Positions 1 through 36,955 of a stretch of 64,000 nt of DNA are shown here, in pieces; the first letter of the stretch is position 1, and each line of letters begins with the position of its first letter. The position numbers and the translations under genes are program-made. The stretch comes from Amoebidium appalachense (lineage: Eukaryota; Protista; Ichthyosporea): NCBI GenBank assembly GCA_963693365.1, contig CAVNZM010000002.1, positions 434,001 to 498,000 on the forward strand, given 5' to 3'. The notes under the pieces are model-generated. The model did not search any database and was not told the DNA's origin. It saw only the letters and a list, made by a program, of their open reading frames with translations.

Positions 1-233
1 CACATACATGCACAGCTGTGCCACCACACATGTGACCTAGGCTAGTACACGTGCACAGGCACATACTATCTCAGATCATGCATGATAACTGTATTACAAA
101 CGTGCACATGCATCCACCCACAATCACATGCTATGCACCCACCCACCCACACAAACACACACACACACACACACACACACTTACACCGCACGCACACACC
201 ATGTACACGGCGCACGCACACACACCCCGTGGC

Positions 234-268
<35 letters not shown>

Positions 269-462
269 CATTGTCAAGAAACCGTTGGTACAAACACACA
301 CACCCACACTGGCATGTACACAAAAATACACAGACACACACACCCTGCATACATACACACCACACTGCACACACACACACATACATACACACACTGGACA
401 TACATACACACACACCATAACCGTTGACACAAAACACACACACACATGCACACAATGTCATG

Positions 463-493
<31 letters not shown>

Positions 494-1447
494 ACATGTG
501 CACACATGCACACAACATAGACACACACACACCGATTACCGCTGACACAAATACACACACCCACACCTGTACACATACACACAATCACACACACCGTGCA
601 TACATACCCACCACACACACACACACAATTGCAAAGAAAAATATTCACACACACACAAACACAAACACACCACCCAACGTAATTTTCTTCCCCCCCCCCC
701 CCCCCCCCTCCCCCCCCCCCCTTCAGGGACCCAATCCGAATCGGGGAAGGCACAAATTGCGTAATACGTCTATTCGTAACATGATTCATGATCATGCATA
801 TGTTCATCAAATAAAAGAAAATGCGTGCACTGGGAAAAAATAAGGCCACGGACACAGTAACACACACAGGAACTAGATACATATGCACACATAGTATATA
901 TCCTCATATACACTGGCACTGCCGCACATATGTGTAAGAGGACGTGACCGTACGTATATACGTAGACAAAATATATATACTGTATATATGTGTGCATTAA
1001 TGCACTTCATATTTCCCTTTTATTCCTTCAAAGCTTCAACTGCCAACACCAGGAAGGCCTCTAATAACCACAGGGGTTTTTGAGTATGCATTATAATAAC
1101 ATTTTGATGCATTATAGGCACAAATAAGCATGCCCTAGTTTACTGATGCGCGACGATTACGATTTTTGGTGGGCCTGCTTTGACGGAGCATTCCGATTTT
1201 CGAAGAGGTTTTCCGAAACGGGATTTCGACTTCCGTTAATGGGCTCCACCGTCCTTCGAACCCTGGAACTTGCGGAATGCCAATGCATCATCTTTTGCTT
1301 CGCTCCATCCGCAATCTCCGCACTCTCATATATAAACAGTGTCAGCCCCGCGATAAAACAAGTTGCCTGTGGTTTTCGTTTCGAAGTTTCTCTCTTTCAG
1401 TCGCCACACTTTGCAACTAATTAGTTAGAGTATAGAAACAAAAAAAC

Positions 1448-9656
<8,209 letters not shown>

Positions 9657-9825
9657 TGCACGTGATAACAAATCACGTGACGTGCACGTGTACATGCAGA
9701 CATCCGTTAATGCGACTTATACTGGGGTTAACCCAAGAAGTTTTGATTTGGTGATTTTCGTTTTTTATATCAGATTTAAGTAAGTCTATAATGCACGAGT
9801 TAATTTGATTCCGTATCAGTTCTCT

Positions 9826-9921
9826 TTGAAGAATTTAGGTGTCCATCAGCATTTTTGGAGACAGATATTGTGCGTTGAAGAATTTAGGTTTCCATCAGCA
9901 TTTTTGGAGACAGATATTGTG
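9826..9921 (+). repeat. Tandem duplication of ~49 bp
   Basis: TTGAAGAATTTAGGT(G/T)TCCATCAGCATTTTTGGAGACAGATATTGTG occurs twice. Confidence 0.8.
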
Positions 9922-10356
9922 AAGGCTATTCGTAGCGGCTCTGGAGTTTCATAATATGACCCAATAAGTTATGGAGCCTTATTATTTAATCCCGCAACAG
10001 GTGTGATGATAGAAAGATTATGTGCCATGTAGGCGCCCATGTTGTACGTGGGCCATTGGTGCTAATAAAAATGAATTTTAAAGTTTAAAGCTAAGGCAAG
10101 AGAGAATAGAATCCTTACAACCCCCCCCCCCCCCCCCCCCCCGTGCACCCCCCCCCCCCCCCCCCCCCCCCCCCCCTGCCGCCGCAGCCCTTAAAGATTG
10201 GCTCCAGTGTTTCATCTTATGTGTGAGCGTTACACTACTCGGTTGTGTGTGCATTGCGATATCTGGAGCGAGCTACATACGATCGTGCTTCTGAAACCAG
10301 TGTTACCAGTATATACCTCCCCCCTCCCCCCCCCCCCCTCACCCCCCCTCCCCTTC

Positions 10357-10411
<55 letters not shown>

Positions 10412-11307
10412 AACCCCTAATGCAACGTTGTACGTGCAACCACTGCCGGCGCCGGCGCCACCAACAAATAAGTTTCTTTTTTTTCTTTTTTCTTTCTTTC
10501 TTCCTCTATTGACGACACAAAGATGAGCTGTGATGACGTGGCGGTGCCAAGGCCAACAGTACTTCCACCCAACAAGATACACATGATATCATGTCACAGT
10601 GGAGATATAGCATGTTTTCAATTTACTTGCAACTCGTCCCCCCCGTCTTGTCCCCCAGCGCCCCCCTCTCCCCCTCCCGGGCACCCACAAACACACTGAC
10701 ACCACCCCCACCACAACCGCCACAGCACACCGGCACCACACAAATTCCAAAGAAAAACATTCATGGGATCTATGTTATACAGCATAACGGCCGGGGTGAA
10801 CAATGTGTTTGTGCGAGTGCGGCCTGTGTACATGTGTACGTATGCACATTATAAGTTTCTTTTCTTTTCTTTTTTATTTTATTTTATTTTATTTTAGTTT
10901 TTTTGGGGGGGGGGGGGAAGGGGGGGGGGGGGAGGGGGGTCAGGGGGGGCGCCGACGAATTGTAGCTTGCCAGACCAACGCAGGAGAGATTTGAATCCCA
11001 GACCATTGGATTGACAGTGGAGGGAGAGGACTGCCGAGTCACTTCCCCCCCCCCCTTTGTTCGAGATTTGAATGGAATACAACACAGCCCCTTCACTCCC
11101 CTTACCCCCCACACGTGCACACACACAGGGACATCCAACTCTGTGACTAACTGGTTGCAAAGAGTGCAAGAGAAACTGTTACAACACCGGGCTTGCATAG
11201 CGTGCAAATTCATGAGTTTCTGGCGTATTTGATTGTGTTATGTGACTCAGTAAACCCCTCTCTGGGTGGCGGGGGAGGGGGGAGGGGAGGAGGGGGTGGG
11301 GGGGAGC

Positions 11308-11325
11308 TGAGAGAGAGAGAGAGAG

Positions 11326-11387
<62 letters not shown>

Positions 11388-11497
11388 GGAGGGAGGGAGG
11401 GAGGGAGAGAGCGAGGGAGGGATGGAGGGAGGGAGGGAGGGAGGTAGAGGGGGAGAAGGGGAGACGGAGAAGAGAGAGAGAGAGAGAGGGGGGGGGG

Positions 11498-11533
<36 letters not shown>
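11308..11533. repeat. (GA)n / GGGA purine-rich microsatellite block
   Basis: Visible directly; intergenic. Confidence 0.85.
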
Positions 11534-11536
<3 letters not shown>

Positions 11537-13114
11537 TCTCTCAAGAAAAACAGAAAGAAATGATGGGAAGAGTGTATGTGACTTTGTGTGTGCTGTGTTC
11601 CCTAGCAACAGTTACTACCCCCCCCCCCCCCCCCCCCCCTCCCCCTCCCCCTCCCCCGCGTACACCCCGGCCCCCCTCTCCCGTCTCCACCTCCTCTGTT
11701 CTCACTCCCCTCTTTCCTCCCCCCTCCCCGCCCAACCATTCGGGCTCCTCGCCTACTCTCTTCCCTCGCTCCCCCCCCTTATCTTTCCATCATTCCCTCC
11801 CTCGTCCGTCAAGCTCTGCCTTCTCTCCACCTCCCCTCTCCCTCCCTCTCCCTGCCCCTTTCCCTCTGTCTGCCGCCACCTCTCTCTGCCCTCCTTCCCT
11901 TCCCTCCCTCCCTAACCTTCTATTGATATTTCTAACTCTTTATAATTATTAGAAACCGATGCAGTATACGACAACTATATTCAGTCTACTAACAACACAT
12001 TTGCTACAAGGCTGCATTTATGTTCTAGGAGAGGCTGGTTAAATTCGATAGCGCTAGCCGGGATACTGCTGTTTCCACGGACACCTAGGTGACCTAAGAA
12101 GAAAATAATGGAGAGGGATCGCAAGCACACCAAAAGCCCATTCATACACGCGCGTTAAAATCACTAGTGCTGCTCCCTAAACATTACTATAAATGTAAAT
12201 AAATGTATCTATACATGCATACTGTCTATTTTTCAAGAAAATAGAATACTGACATGGAAGGTGACGAGACTTTTCTGTGGTTAAGGAACACCCGAGGTTT
12301 GATGGGATGACATCATCAATTCATCATCTCGATCTGATCCCCGATTCAACCAATCAGATCACAGATCGACACGCGATCCCTGGTTTTGGTCTAAAAGTGA
12401 AAGCAACACACAGCGCAAGGTTGGTTGAAGGAGTGGGGAGAGAGGCTGTGTGTGTGTTTTTTTTATATATAAAGTCAAAGGGATTAATTCTGCTGTTACG
12501 GACTAATATAAAGGTATGTATGTAGCTATGTAATAGGGCGCTTTATCTAAATAGCAAGTGCATGCATTCCATTCGTTTATCCAACCTCCCAATCTTCCCC
12601 TCTTCCCGCCTTTCCTCAGGCGTTTCCACTACTCCTTGGCTCCCTCCTTCCCTCCCTATCCCAACCTACCCCACTCCCCTCGCTGCAGCATCATATACTT
12701 CCGCCCCGGCGTCAAATTAAGGTGTTCCTCTCCACCGTCATTTACCTCCACATTTAAAGGTTTTTGTTGGCAGCATTGTTTGCGTTCGAATTCTCCCAAA
12801 CAACACATCTCATCTTTTGTCCTTGTTCCCGGTGGTCTTTGTTCCTTTGTTGTAAATCTCTGTGTACGATTCATATGCTCATTGTTTTTGAAAGATCGCG
12901 TGGGCACGCGAATCGCTAATGGGGTTTGGCTGGGAAAGCTGGCAGGGCCTTCATGGAAGGGTAGGATGCATGGGGAAGCGATTTGTGTTGGATTTCTTTT
13001 TTGTTCGGGATACGAAATGAAATTGCGAGTTCAAGGTTTATCCAAGTCCTTTTTGATAAGAGGATTAAGACAAGTAGGTTGGCTGCTGACGTCACTTGAT
13101 TTGGGGTGCAGAAA

Positions 13115-18542
<5,428 letters not shown>

Positions 18543-18585
18543 GTATGGGCAGGTCCCAATCACGTGATCAGCAGGCCGGCTACGC

Positions 18586-18619
<34 letters not shown>

Positions 18620-18889
18620 ATAAACCTCCCCATATTACATTTTTGACACAATGTCAACTTTCTTTACAAATTTTATGGTACGTAGGCAAATGTCAGCTCA
18701 GTTGCTGAGAACAGAGCCGTAACACCACAGAATTTCAGAGCTGTTTTAAGACTGCTGTTTCTTTAAGCACATGTAGTTAAAGGACACCCACTGACTGGGC
18801 TGTATGTCTGGGAGCTGCCGGGTTGCAGCTCAGCGGCCACATCCTAAATGGAAATCTTGGCAGTCCACTGCTTGGTGTACAAAGAAAAT

Positions 18890-18949
<60 letters not shown>

Positions 18950-20399
18950 CCCCCCCCCCCCCCCCCCCCCCCCCCTTCCCACATGCGCTGCATGCACACG
19001 CACGCACGCACACATACACACAGTCACTACACCACCACCATATTCCTACTTTTTTATTGTTTTATAAAAATTATCCACACGTCCAGCCCAATCCGCATTC
19101 AAACCAACGTGCGCACCACCCACATACCAAAGCTGAGTCCCGTACCAACATAAAGCCATGCATGTATTTGAGAGACATGTAACCCCCTTGTTTGTTGATA
19201 TTCCCCTTCAAGCCCGGTGGTGCTGCCTAGTAGGTGACCACATGATAAGCTTGGGGAAGAGTTGCCAAATATGGGATTCGCAACGGCCAAATTTGGTAGT
19301 CACGCGATGGCAGATTGGTGAGCTCAGGATCCAACCTTCGCAAAAACTTAGACGACGATAGGCACGGACAGACGGAAGGCAACTCGCGTAGAACACAGTT
19401 GCGGTCTGTGGTTGTGCGTTTGTACCACTCACGTGTTCATATTAACCCACGCTAGAGGTCTTCGCTTGTCTGCCTGTGTGGGTTTTAACTTTAAACGCCC
19501 GCCTTAGCTCACTTTGCTTGCAATCACCGGATCCGTGCAACTCTGAAACGGGTGCACTTCGACTCTCCCACACTATCATACGTCAGTACGGTATACTCCA
19601 GCGGTTAGGTGAGTGCTCTATGGCGGGTTCGCTGAAAACATAGGGGCTTTATGGTCTCAGCTAGCCCCCGCCTGTGTACATCCAGTGGTTTTGCCCAAAA
19701 CTAGCTTACGGTAACCTAACAGCCAGCGATCGCCTGCTGTGGCTCACTGCAGTCTTTGTGGGCTGTACGCTATGTAATTGTGATGTGCCCCTGTGTGCGC
19801 TGTCTGGGATAAGTCTGTGTGTGTGGTTGGTATTTATATGCGTGCATGCCTGTGTTTATGCGAGCCCGTGTATGTGCCTGCGTCTACATATAGCTATGGC
19901 ATGGGATGGAGCACGGTTGTGTGCTCGAATTAATTCTTGGACCGATTGTGTGTTGGAATGCTGAGACAGGGCTCTGTGATAGGAAGTGCAGGTATACGTG
20001 TGAACGACCTCCACGCCTGCACCCAAGTGAGGGGTTGGACGAGAAATTGTCTGTGTTTGTCCACGTGCGTGTCAGAATTAAATATTTTCCAAACTATTCT
20101 TTGTGATCGCATCACACAAACCCGCAAACAAACTCATGCACGATCACGATGAAACACACAATCCAATACGTGCATACTCTCTAGCCCCCCCCTCCCCCCC
20201 CTTCACCCGCTGTGGGCAGAGTGCCGGTTGAGGTTCGGGTGTAGTCCTGGTAATCGGTTGACACTCGAATCAACCGGAGGTTGGCATCAGCGATGTTCTT
20301 GAAAATATTTGTGTTTGGGTTTGTGATGACTCACGTGTGTTTCCATCGTAACTACCGTGTGACATTATCTAATCTACCCTCCCCCTCCCCCCCTCCCCC

Positions 20400-20430
<31 letters not shown>

Positions 20431-20460
20431 ATACATGCGCACACAGATAATCATCTCGCC

Positions 20461-20632
20461 ATGTCGCCACCACCCACATGCATAGTGTGCCACGTGGGCA
20501 CCCCCCGAGTATGAGGCCGTGCCGTGCCAGTGCCGTGGCTACTGCAAGAAGTGCGCTATGAAGATGGCCACAGGCGGCAAGTGCAGAACTTGCGGTCAGC
20601 TGTTTGGCTCCTTCCGCCGATCAGTGGACTAA
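20461..20632 (+). CDS. Small RING-like zinc-finger protein (~56 aa); reading frame needs one C removed from C6 at 20501-20506
   Basis: Corrected product MSPPPTCIVCHVGTPEYEAVPCQCRGYCKKCAMKMATGGKCRTCGQLFGSFRRSVD has C-x2-C-x11-C-x-C-x3-C-x2-C-x9-C-x2-C. Acceptor CACAG just upstream; probable 5'-UTR donors near 19609 and 20250. Confidence 0.65.
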
Positions 20633-21287
20633 ATGTAGTGTACTGAGGGGATGACTGGGTTCAAGGGGGGGGGGGGGGGGAGGGGGGGGGGGGGGGGGCG
20701 GGGGAGGGTTGGGGGTGAAGGAGAGGGGGAATGAAGGAGGAAACGGAGTACATTGCGGCAGGAGAGGGGGCCACGGACTGATAAGAGGTGGGTATTTGTG
20801 GTGTTTGTAGGGCAGTGTGGGGGTACGGGTGGTGTGTGGATATGGTGGTTTGATAGAGTGTGGTCTGGAGTGCCGATGGCTTCATTATATGTATGCATAC
20901 TCCTTCCACCCTTCCCCCCTCCCCCCATCCCCACACACACACACACACACACACCCTCCCCCTCCCCCCTCCTTTGCACATACTATTAAGCACCCTTGCG
21001 CTGCACGGTCGAGTGTGCTGCGAAATTGCATGGTTTTCCGTTTCGGTTTGCATGATATTCGTCGTTTTGGTATATTTTTGTATGATATGGTGTTGATGTT
21101 TTATACATGTGAGGATCTAACAACACATCTTAGGGAGAGAATTGCTGTATAAAGTTGGTTTTTTGACGGTGTGTATCCATGACAGTTGGGGTGGTGGTGA
21201 GGGCATGCACGTGGGAAGTAGGCAGGGCAAGGGTATCGGATGTGCATATATAGCACTGCACTGGGTGTGTAGGACACGGGTGTGTGT

Positions 21288-21318
<31 letters not shown>

Positions 21319-21592
21319 GGAGGGGGGAGGGGGAAAAGGGGGGAGAGGGTAAGGGAGGTTTGCCGGGAGGGGGGGGGGGGGAGGGGGGAAGGGAAGGGGG
21401 GAGGGGGGAAGGAAGGGGGAAGGGGGGAAGGTGGGTTTGCCGGGGGGAGGGGGGAGGGAGGGAGGGGCCGTGGGGGGTTTGCTGGAGGAGGGAGGCTAGG
21501 CAGGTGCTGTAGCTACCTTGTTATTCCGTGGCACTCTAATACACTGTAATGACCGTTCCCCCTCTTTTCCACGTATGCCCGTCCACATACTC

Positions 21593-21624
<32 letters not shown>

Positions 21625-22133
21625 GCGCACACATACACACACACACAGACATAGCGCGAACCGATGCGGGTCTAATAGCACACCAACCGAATGGGCTACG
21701 AGCATCAACGATTGACCCTCCCCCCCCGCGGGAGGGGGGGGGGGGGGGGGGGGGGGGGGAGGGGGGATGAAAGGGTACCACTTGGCGAATTTATGTGTTT
21801 ATTTGCAGTAAAAAATTCTGCTATAATCAATGGATTGTATCTTACGTCTACTACAACAAGAGTAACCACAAGAAATCGGAGATGCTACTAAATGTGTCGT
21901 TAAAGTCACCTAGAGACCCTTTAGGCTCTGTGAGCTACTTGCCTTAAATAAACCTAAAAATAGACTTTGAGCTGATCCAAAAAAGGCAAAAAAATGGATG
22001 GGCGCGCAAGTGCAGGGACATCACACGGTTGTTTGTTTACGGGCTTATGCAAACATACACAAAATGTAATGGTGGCCATCGCTATACATTCGGAAGTCCT
22101 CATGCATGTGCTCCGTGTACCTTCCTAATTCGG

Positions 22134-22240
22134 TATGCACCTGTCATATCCAATGTCATGCACCTGCCATATTAGGCCACATGCACCTGCCATATTAGGC
22201 CACATGCACCTGCCATATTAGGCCACATGCACCTGCCATA
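22134..22240. repeat. 23-bp tandem repeat (ATGCACCTGCCATATTAGGCCAC), ~4-5 copies, directly after the fucosyltransferase stop codon
   Basis: Visible directly. Confidence 0.85.
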
Positions 22241-31877
<9,637 letters not shown>

Positions 31878-33402
31878 GGTGATGGGAATGTGTCTTATTC
31901 GTTAAGAGAGTGTGTGTGTGTTGTGTGTGAAGTGGGTGGGGAGGAAAAAGGGGAAAGGGGGAGGGAAGGGGGGGCAGGGGGGAGGGGGGGGGGATCCCTG
32001 TGAACGCGCTTGCGTGCGTGTGTGTGCCCGTGTGTCTGTATTTGCGAATATGTGCGTTGTGCAGGTATTTGTTGTGTATGTTCGCGCGCAGTAAAGCGTA
32101 TGCGCATGCGGCAGGGGTGTAGTGTGCGAGTGTGAGATCCCTTGCAGGTTATCTCTGGTGCCGTAGGTGTGTCAACCCACTATGAATGTGCGTATGTTTG
32201 TGCGTCCCTAATAGTGTGTCGGTCCTGAGATGTCTGCGTCGTCAGTTGCTCTATTTGGACAGAACGGTGAATTTCCTTGACTGGACGTCTCTTTGACTTC
32301 CGAATCATAGGTGAGGAATGCAAATCGTAGCCATATATGGCAATGTAAACAATAAAACTGCATATGGTTAGCTAAGCATTTAAATGATTGGCTGTGGCTG
32401 TGATTTGGCGCCAACGGTTCGCGCGTACCGGCATCATGCCCTTGGCTACACTGAAGGCTGGGACCAGAGTTGAAAAACTTCCGGCTTCGGTGACTTGCTA
32501 GACTCAGACTGAGCTCGAGCACGACAAGTCTTGCCAACCCCCACGCACAGGGGCAAGAAAAAACGCCCGAAAAGCTCCCAAATTCGAAGAACTCGACCCG
32601 TACTGTTCGAACCTGCGCGTGTATATATGCCCGGCAGTCAGTTGTAAGGCTCCGCAAGGTATCAAACTGGGTGAGCTGCAGGCAAGGCTTCCTATATACT
32701 AACAGGCCGGCTGCAGGCCTGGATAAGTGAACTTGAGGCCGTGGCACACCTCTGGGATGTCCGGTGACGGTACGTCTGCACTGATTTGAATTCAAGGCCA
32801 GAGGGCTGCCGTATGTGACGGCGCACATGTAAGCGATTCCTTGCCCCGACTGAGCCCTACTACTAGTTAGTGGTTTGAGCACAACCCGGCGGGGCCACAG
32901 GCTGAGCAGCGGTGGCCCGGGCTTTCCGACCACTAAGCATACATCCCGACCCTATGGCAGAAAGACACCATGGCCATTGAATGATAGTATATGGATGTTG
33001 AAAGGAAACTAATAGTATCCACGTATCTCGGACCGAACATGACTCAGCAACGAGGCCCAGCCAGCTGGGGAAACTTTTGCTTCTCATGATAATACTGAAA
33101 ACCTGTTAACAACCACCCCTCTGCCCCCAATAATATTATCTAGCACTCACACTACACCGTGATATCATACATGTTATTCCAGTTTTTTAAGAAAACTTTA
33201 ACACAACACCGTCTAAACACTCCTCTATAAAGCCTTCTGAACTTCGGGGTGACTAAAGACGCTACATAATACGATCACAAGGCCCGGCATGAAGTTAAAA
33301 AAACACAGTCAGTTCAGAGCCCATAATACTCCTTAGACACAACAGCGAACTTTAAACCACTGGGTTAGACAAAACAGCCCTCCTCCTATCCATAAAGTAG
33401 AA

Positions 33403-34920
33403 CTAGCTCACGTCAGACTCTCTTTTCACCACCACAGACTCATCATCATCATCACCCGTCGTGTTCCCCGACTCCTCTCCCTCGTTCCCCTTCTTCTTCT
33501 TGTGGCCCTTACCCCTCTTCCTCTTGCACACTAGTGGCCGTGCACGCAACATATCCACCGGGCGGTTTTTCTTATGCAGCCGCAGATACAACCCACAGGC
33601 ATTACACAGCCGATTTCCATTCTGGTCGTGCCGCCACAAGCACGTGCTTGCCGTGCTGCAGTTGCTGCAGCGTGGGCCTGGCGCGTTTGGATCCTCGGCC
33701 TGCCGCAGCGGGCGCATAACCTGGTGGGTGCGCAGGTACGTGCCACACGCATTGCACAATATCTCCCCCTGCCTGCCACGCCGCCATATGGGTGTGTGTG
33801 TGACATGGCAATTGCTGCAACTGCGTGGCTCGCTGCTGGTCCGCCTTGGTGCCCGCTGGCCGCGAGGACCACCGTCAGAAGACTCGGACGTGCGTCTTCG
33901 TTTTGTGTGCGACAGTTTGGGCACAGGGGGTGCCTTCCCCCCCTCTTCCTGCTCACCCACCTCCCGCTTGACTGTCTCCGCAACCTCTTGCCTAAACTCG
34001 TCGCGTCTGCGCTGGTGTGTGTGTTGGGGTGGTTGTGCACTCTGCTGTGTGTGTGTCTTTTGTTGTTCGCTACACGACAACATCGCTCTTGTCGCAGACG
34101 TCAATTCAGCCAACGAGTCCTGGCTATTCCTACTGGGTCTGTGTGACGGTCGTGCTGTGGTATCCGTCCACTCCGAGAAACTGTGCCGTTGCGGTGCCGT
34201 TTGAATACCAGTGCTGCTGCTGCTGTCGTAAGCATCGGAGAGCGGACTACGCAGGCTGAAGGTGGAAAGGCTTGGGCTTGATAGGCGTTGGCTGAGGGAA
34301 GGCGGGTGTGTAAGACGTCTCAGGTCTGGTCCGCTCTCTGTGCGGGTGTATGTCTGGTGCGTGGCGGGTGCGGGGAAGAAGTCGCCGGCTGTTGACCTCT
34401 GAGGTGGCCCCGTAAGCAGCGGTGAGTTGTGTTGTGACTTGGTGCCGTAGGTACCACCGACAGGCGGCAAAAATATGCACGGGACTCCATGGTGGAGAGT
34501 GCTGTCGTGTGTGGGTGCGCCTGTGTGTGTTCGTGTGCTACTCACTCGGGTGTGTTGGTCGTGCCAGTCAGCCTGCGGGTAAGAGGTCTCCCTCGCCATA
34601 TGATCCCCTTCCCTCCTTGTTACGTATTCATATTGCCGTTGTGCCCTGGGTCCTTGGTGCTGCCGTTCTATCTGCTCCGAGTCATATGACCCACCCTGTA
34701 TGTCTTCAAATACTCTCTCGTGCGCTCCACGCAACTGCTCACTGTGGTGTGCCTGTGCCTGCCTGTGCTTGTCCCTCCTCTCTGTTATGTGTGGCCTCTT
34801 TGTTGCTGGCCCCCACTGCTGCTGGCTCTCCTGCTGCTGGCCGGGTATCAGTGCGGCTAGCCAGGCCTCGGGCAGGATGCCGGCCTCGGTGCTCAGCCAG
34901 TCGGTCGGCTCAAAGTCCAT
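33403..34920 (-). CDS. GATA transcription factor with two tandem C-x2-C-x17-C-x2-C fingers, intronless, ~505 aa
   Basis: Single ORF from ATG at 34920 (MDFEPTDW...). Fingers CSNCHVTHTPIWRRGRQGEILCNACG and CSNCSTASTCLWRHDQNGNRLCNACGLYLRLHKKNRP, then a basic tail KRKRGKGHKKKK. Confidence 0.92.
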   Translation of the reverse strand: MDFEPTDWLSTEAGILPEAWLAALIPGQQQESQQQWGPATKRPHITERRDKHRQAQAHHSEQLRGAHERVFEDIQGGSYDSEQIERQHQGPRAQRQYEYVTRREGDHMARETSYPQADWHDQHTRVSSTRTHTGAPTHDSTLHHGVPCIFLPPVGGTYGTKSQHNSPLLTGPPQRSTAGDFFPAPATHQTYTRTESGPDLRRLTHPPSLSQRLSSPSLSTFSLRSPLSDAYDSSSSTGIQTAPQRHSFSEWTDTTARPSHRPSRNSQDSLAELTSATRAMLSCSEQQKTHTQQSAQPPQHTHQRRRDEFRQEVAETVKREVGEQEEGGKAPPVPKLSHTKRRRTSESSDGGPRGQRAPRRTSSEPRSCSNCHVTHTPIWRRGRQGEILCNACGTYLRTHQVMRPLRQAEDPNAPGPRCSNCSTASTCLWRHDQNGNRLCNACGLYLRLHKKNRPVDMLRARPLVCKRKRGKGHKKKKGNEGEESGNTTGDDDDESVVVKRESDVS

Positions 34921-36265
34921 AGTGCAACACGGCACTAGCCCTTATGGCTGCGTGGGTGAGCAATGCATTTGTGTGCGTGGTGAGCTACTGCCAAGTTGAA
35001 CGGTACTACGTGCCGAATAGGTTGGACCCAAGTTGGGGAGCGTGAAGTTAACGTTGCCGTGTGTGTGGTACGGGCCAAAGTTCACTAGGAGAAAAGATGG
35101 AGCTCTGTCCTGGTCATTAGTGCAAGTTCGAAAAGGGTTGAAACAAAAAATGTAGATCTGGAAACAAACGGTGACCAGTGTCCGAAAACCTTTAATGCAG
35201 CAGACTCTGAAAACTTAGTGTGACTCTCAGACGGTCCCGTTTCAGGCAGTGCACAAGGCAGCAGTAATGACAAACTAGCTAGGTGACCACTAAGTGGTCC
35301 TAATCGATAGGAGTGATAAAAACCATCTGTAGGTGAAAGCCTATCACTGAGATGACGTGAAACGCTCAGCCTGCAAGAACTATCATTACTATCATAGTAC
35401 TAGTACTGGCCCAAGCCGGCCTCAACGATGATCCTCGCTAACACCGTGGCGGTGACCGGGCGGAAGGCTCCTTAGCTGCTGGGCCCGGCCGGGATCTACG
35501 AGGCAAAAGGGCGGCTGAATATCATAACTCTTGCATTATCTATAAGGCCTAAGGTGGATGGGTGGGGTGAGAAAGGTTCTTCTATTTTCTGTTTCACTTG
35601 AGCAAGGAGATAGTAACACATGCCGCCTAGCTTTGTTGGAAGTGCAGAGGTCAGTTTCCAAGAATATTTCGCAGCACGGTGGGACAATAAATAATAACAG
35701 CACCCACTCGGATTAACGGATAATATTCCTGGAGGAATGCAATCATGTTTCAATTGGATGGATTAGCCCAATCGAATAGTCGTTGGCCCCAAAAGCATCT
35801 GGCATGAACAATTATTGATTTTCTACCAATCCCATTGGTGTATTGAGGGTGCTTTGTGTGTCACACATTCCTGAACGGGAAGAAAATATGTGACGACGGC
35901 TCGATCGTGACCAGCATGTAGCATCAACGTTAGTCTTTTCAGGCCGGCCTACACCCGAATATAATAGCTCGAAACGAGTCTTCATACAGCACTAGTATTG
36001 AGGAGATGGAGATACGGGCAAATTGTGCGAACAAATAACAGAAGAGCCATAATCAGAATATGGCAAGGCTTTTATGCAGGCGAAAACATGGCCAGTTTAC
36101 AGCTACCATAATGCTCGCACCATTCCGTGTTATCAATCTGCAGACGGGCGCCGCGGCCCTCTGAGAGTCTCGTGCCACACTGTCATATCAAGCTCTTGGC
36201 TGTGACTCATGACAAACTGTGCCGGCACTCTCTCTGATTGGCTACCGTGAAACTGAACCTCTTAC

Positions 36266-36955
36266 AAAGAGTTGATTGGACGTCCACGCACCACTAGCCA
36301 GCACAGTAAATCTATCCTTTTGATTCAGTGTTGAATGAGCCCGCCAATATTCGATTCTGGAAACATTCCTAAAAATTCTAAATGATTTTGATGATTGATC
36401 ACACTCAAAGGACGCGAGAAGGGAATTATAGTAGATATCTTGAAGTTTTTCTAATGACCTGTAGGTATTTATGTACATAGTTGAAAGAGAGAAGACAAAA
36501 AGGCAAAATATAGGTGTGCCACGCGGCCGGTGCATGCTGCGCGCATGTATAAACTCAAAATGTACATTTATTGTAACTAGAAACGAGTTTTCATTGCTGC
36601 TGATCTTGCAACAAAAGATGGTAACAGTCTTACTACATTATTATAACAATGATTAGTGCGTTTACCTTAAAGTGTGGTGCAATTTGACATTAACTTTGGA
36701 ACCCAAATCATCATCATCATCATGGCCATACATGATGCAGGTGCCATCTCAGTGAAATTTGACCAGATTGGTGCCACAATGATTGTAGAGCGCGCTATTT
36801 CCAGATAGATTTACGGCATCATGTTCAAGAATCCGCGGGTCATCATCAGTCTTGATAACAAAACTGCAATAGTGAGTTGGTCCTTTGAGATCCTTGCTAA
36901 ATGCAGAAAGTTAAGGCATAAGAAGAGTTTTTTGATGACAATTGTGATGAATGTT
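36266..36955 (-). pseudogene. Possible decayed spliced coding remnant of unknown origin
   Basis: Two microsatellite-free, coding-like segments (~36955-36666 with in-frame stops; 36458-36266 open) joined by a phase-compatible GT-AG intron. No recognisable domain. Confidence 0.2.

Noticed and set aside
32208-32933. 241-aa ORF between the GT10 and GATA genes
   Set aside because: Non-ATG start, no recognisable domain; the position fits GT10 promoter or GATA 3' region.
33461-34204. 247-aa + strand ORF
   Set aside because: Antisense shadow of the GATA coding sequence.
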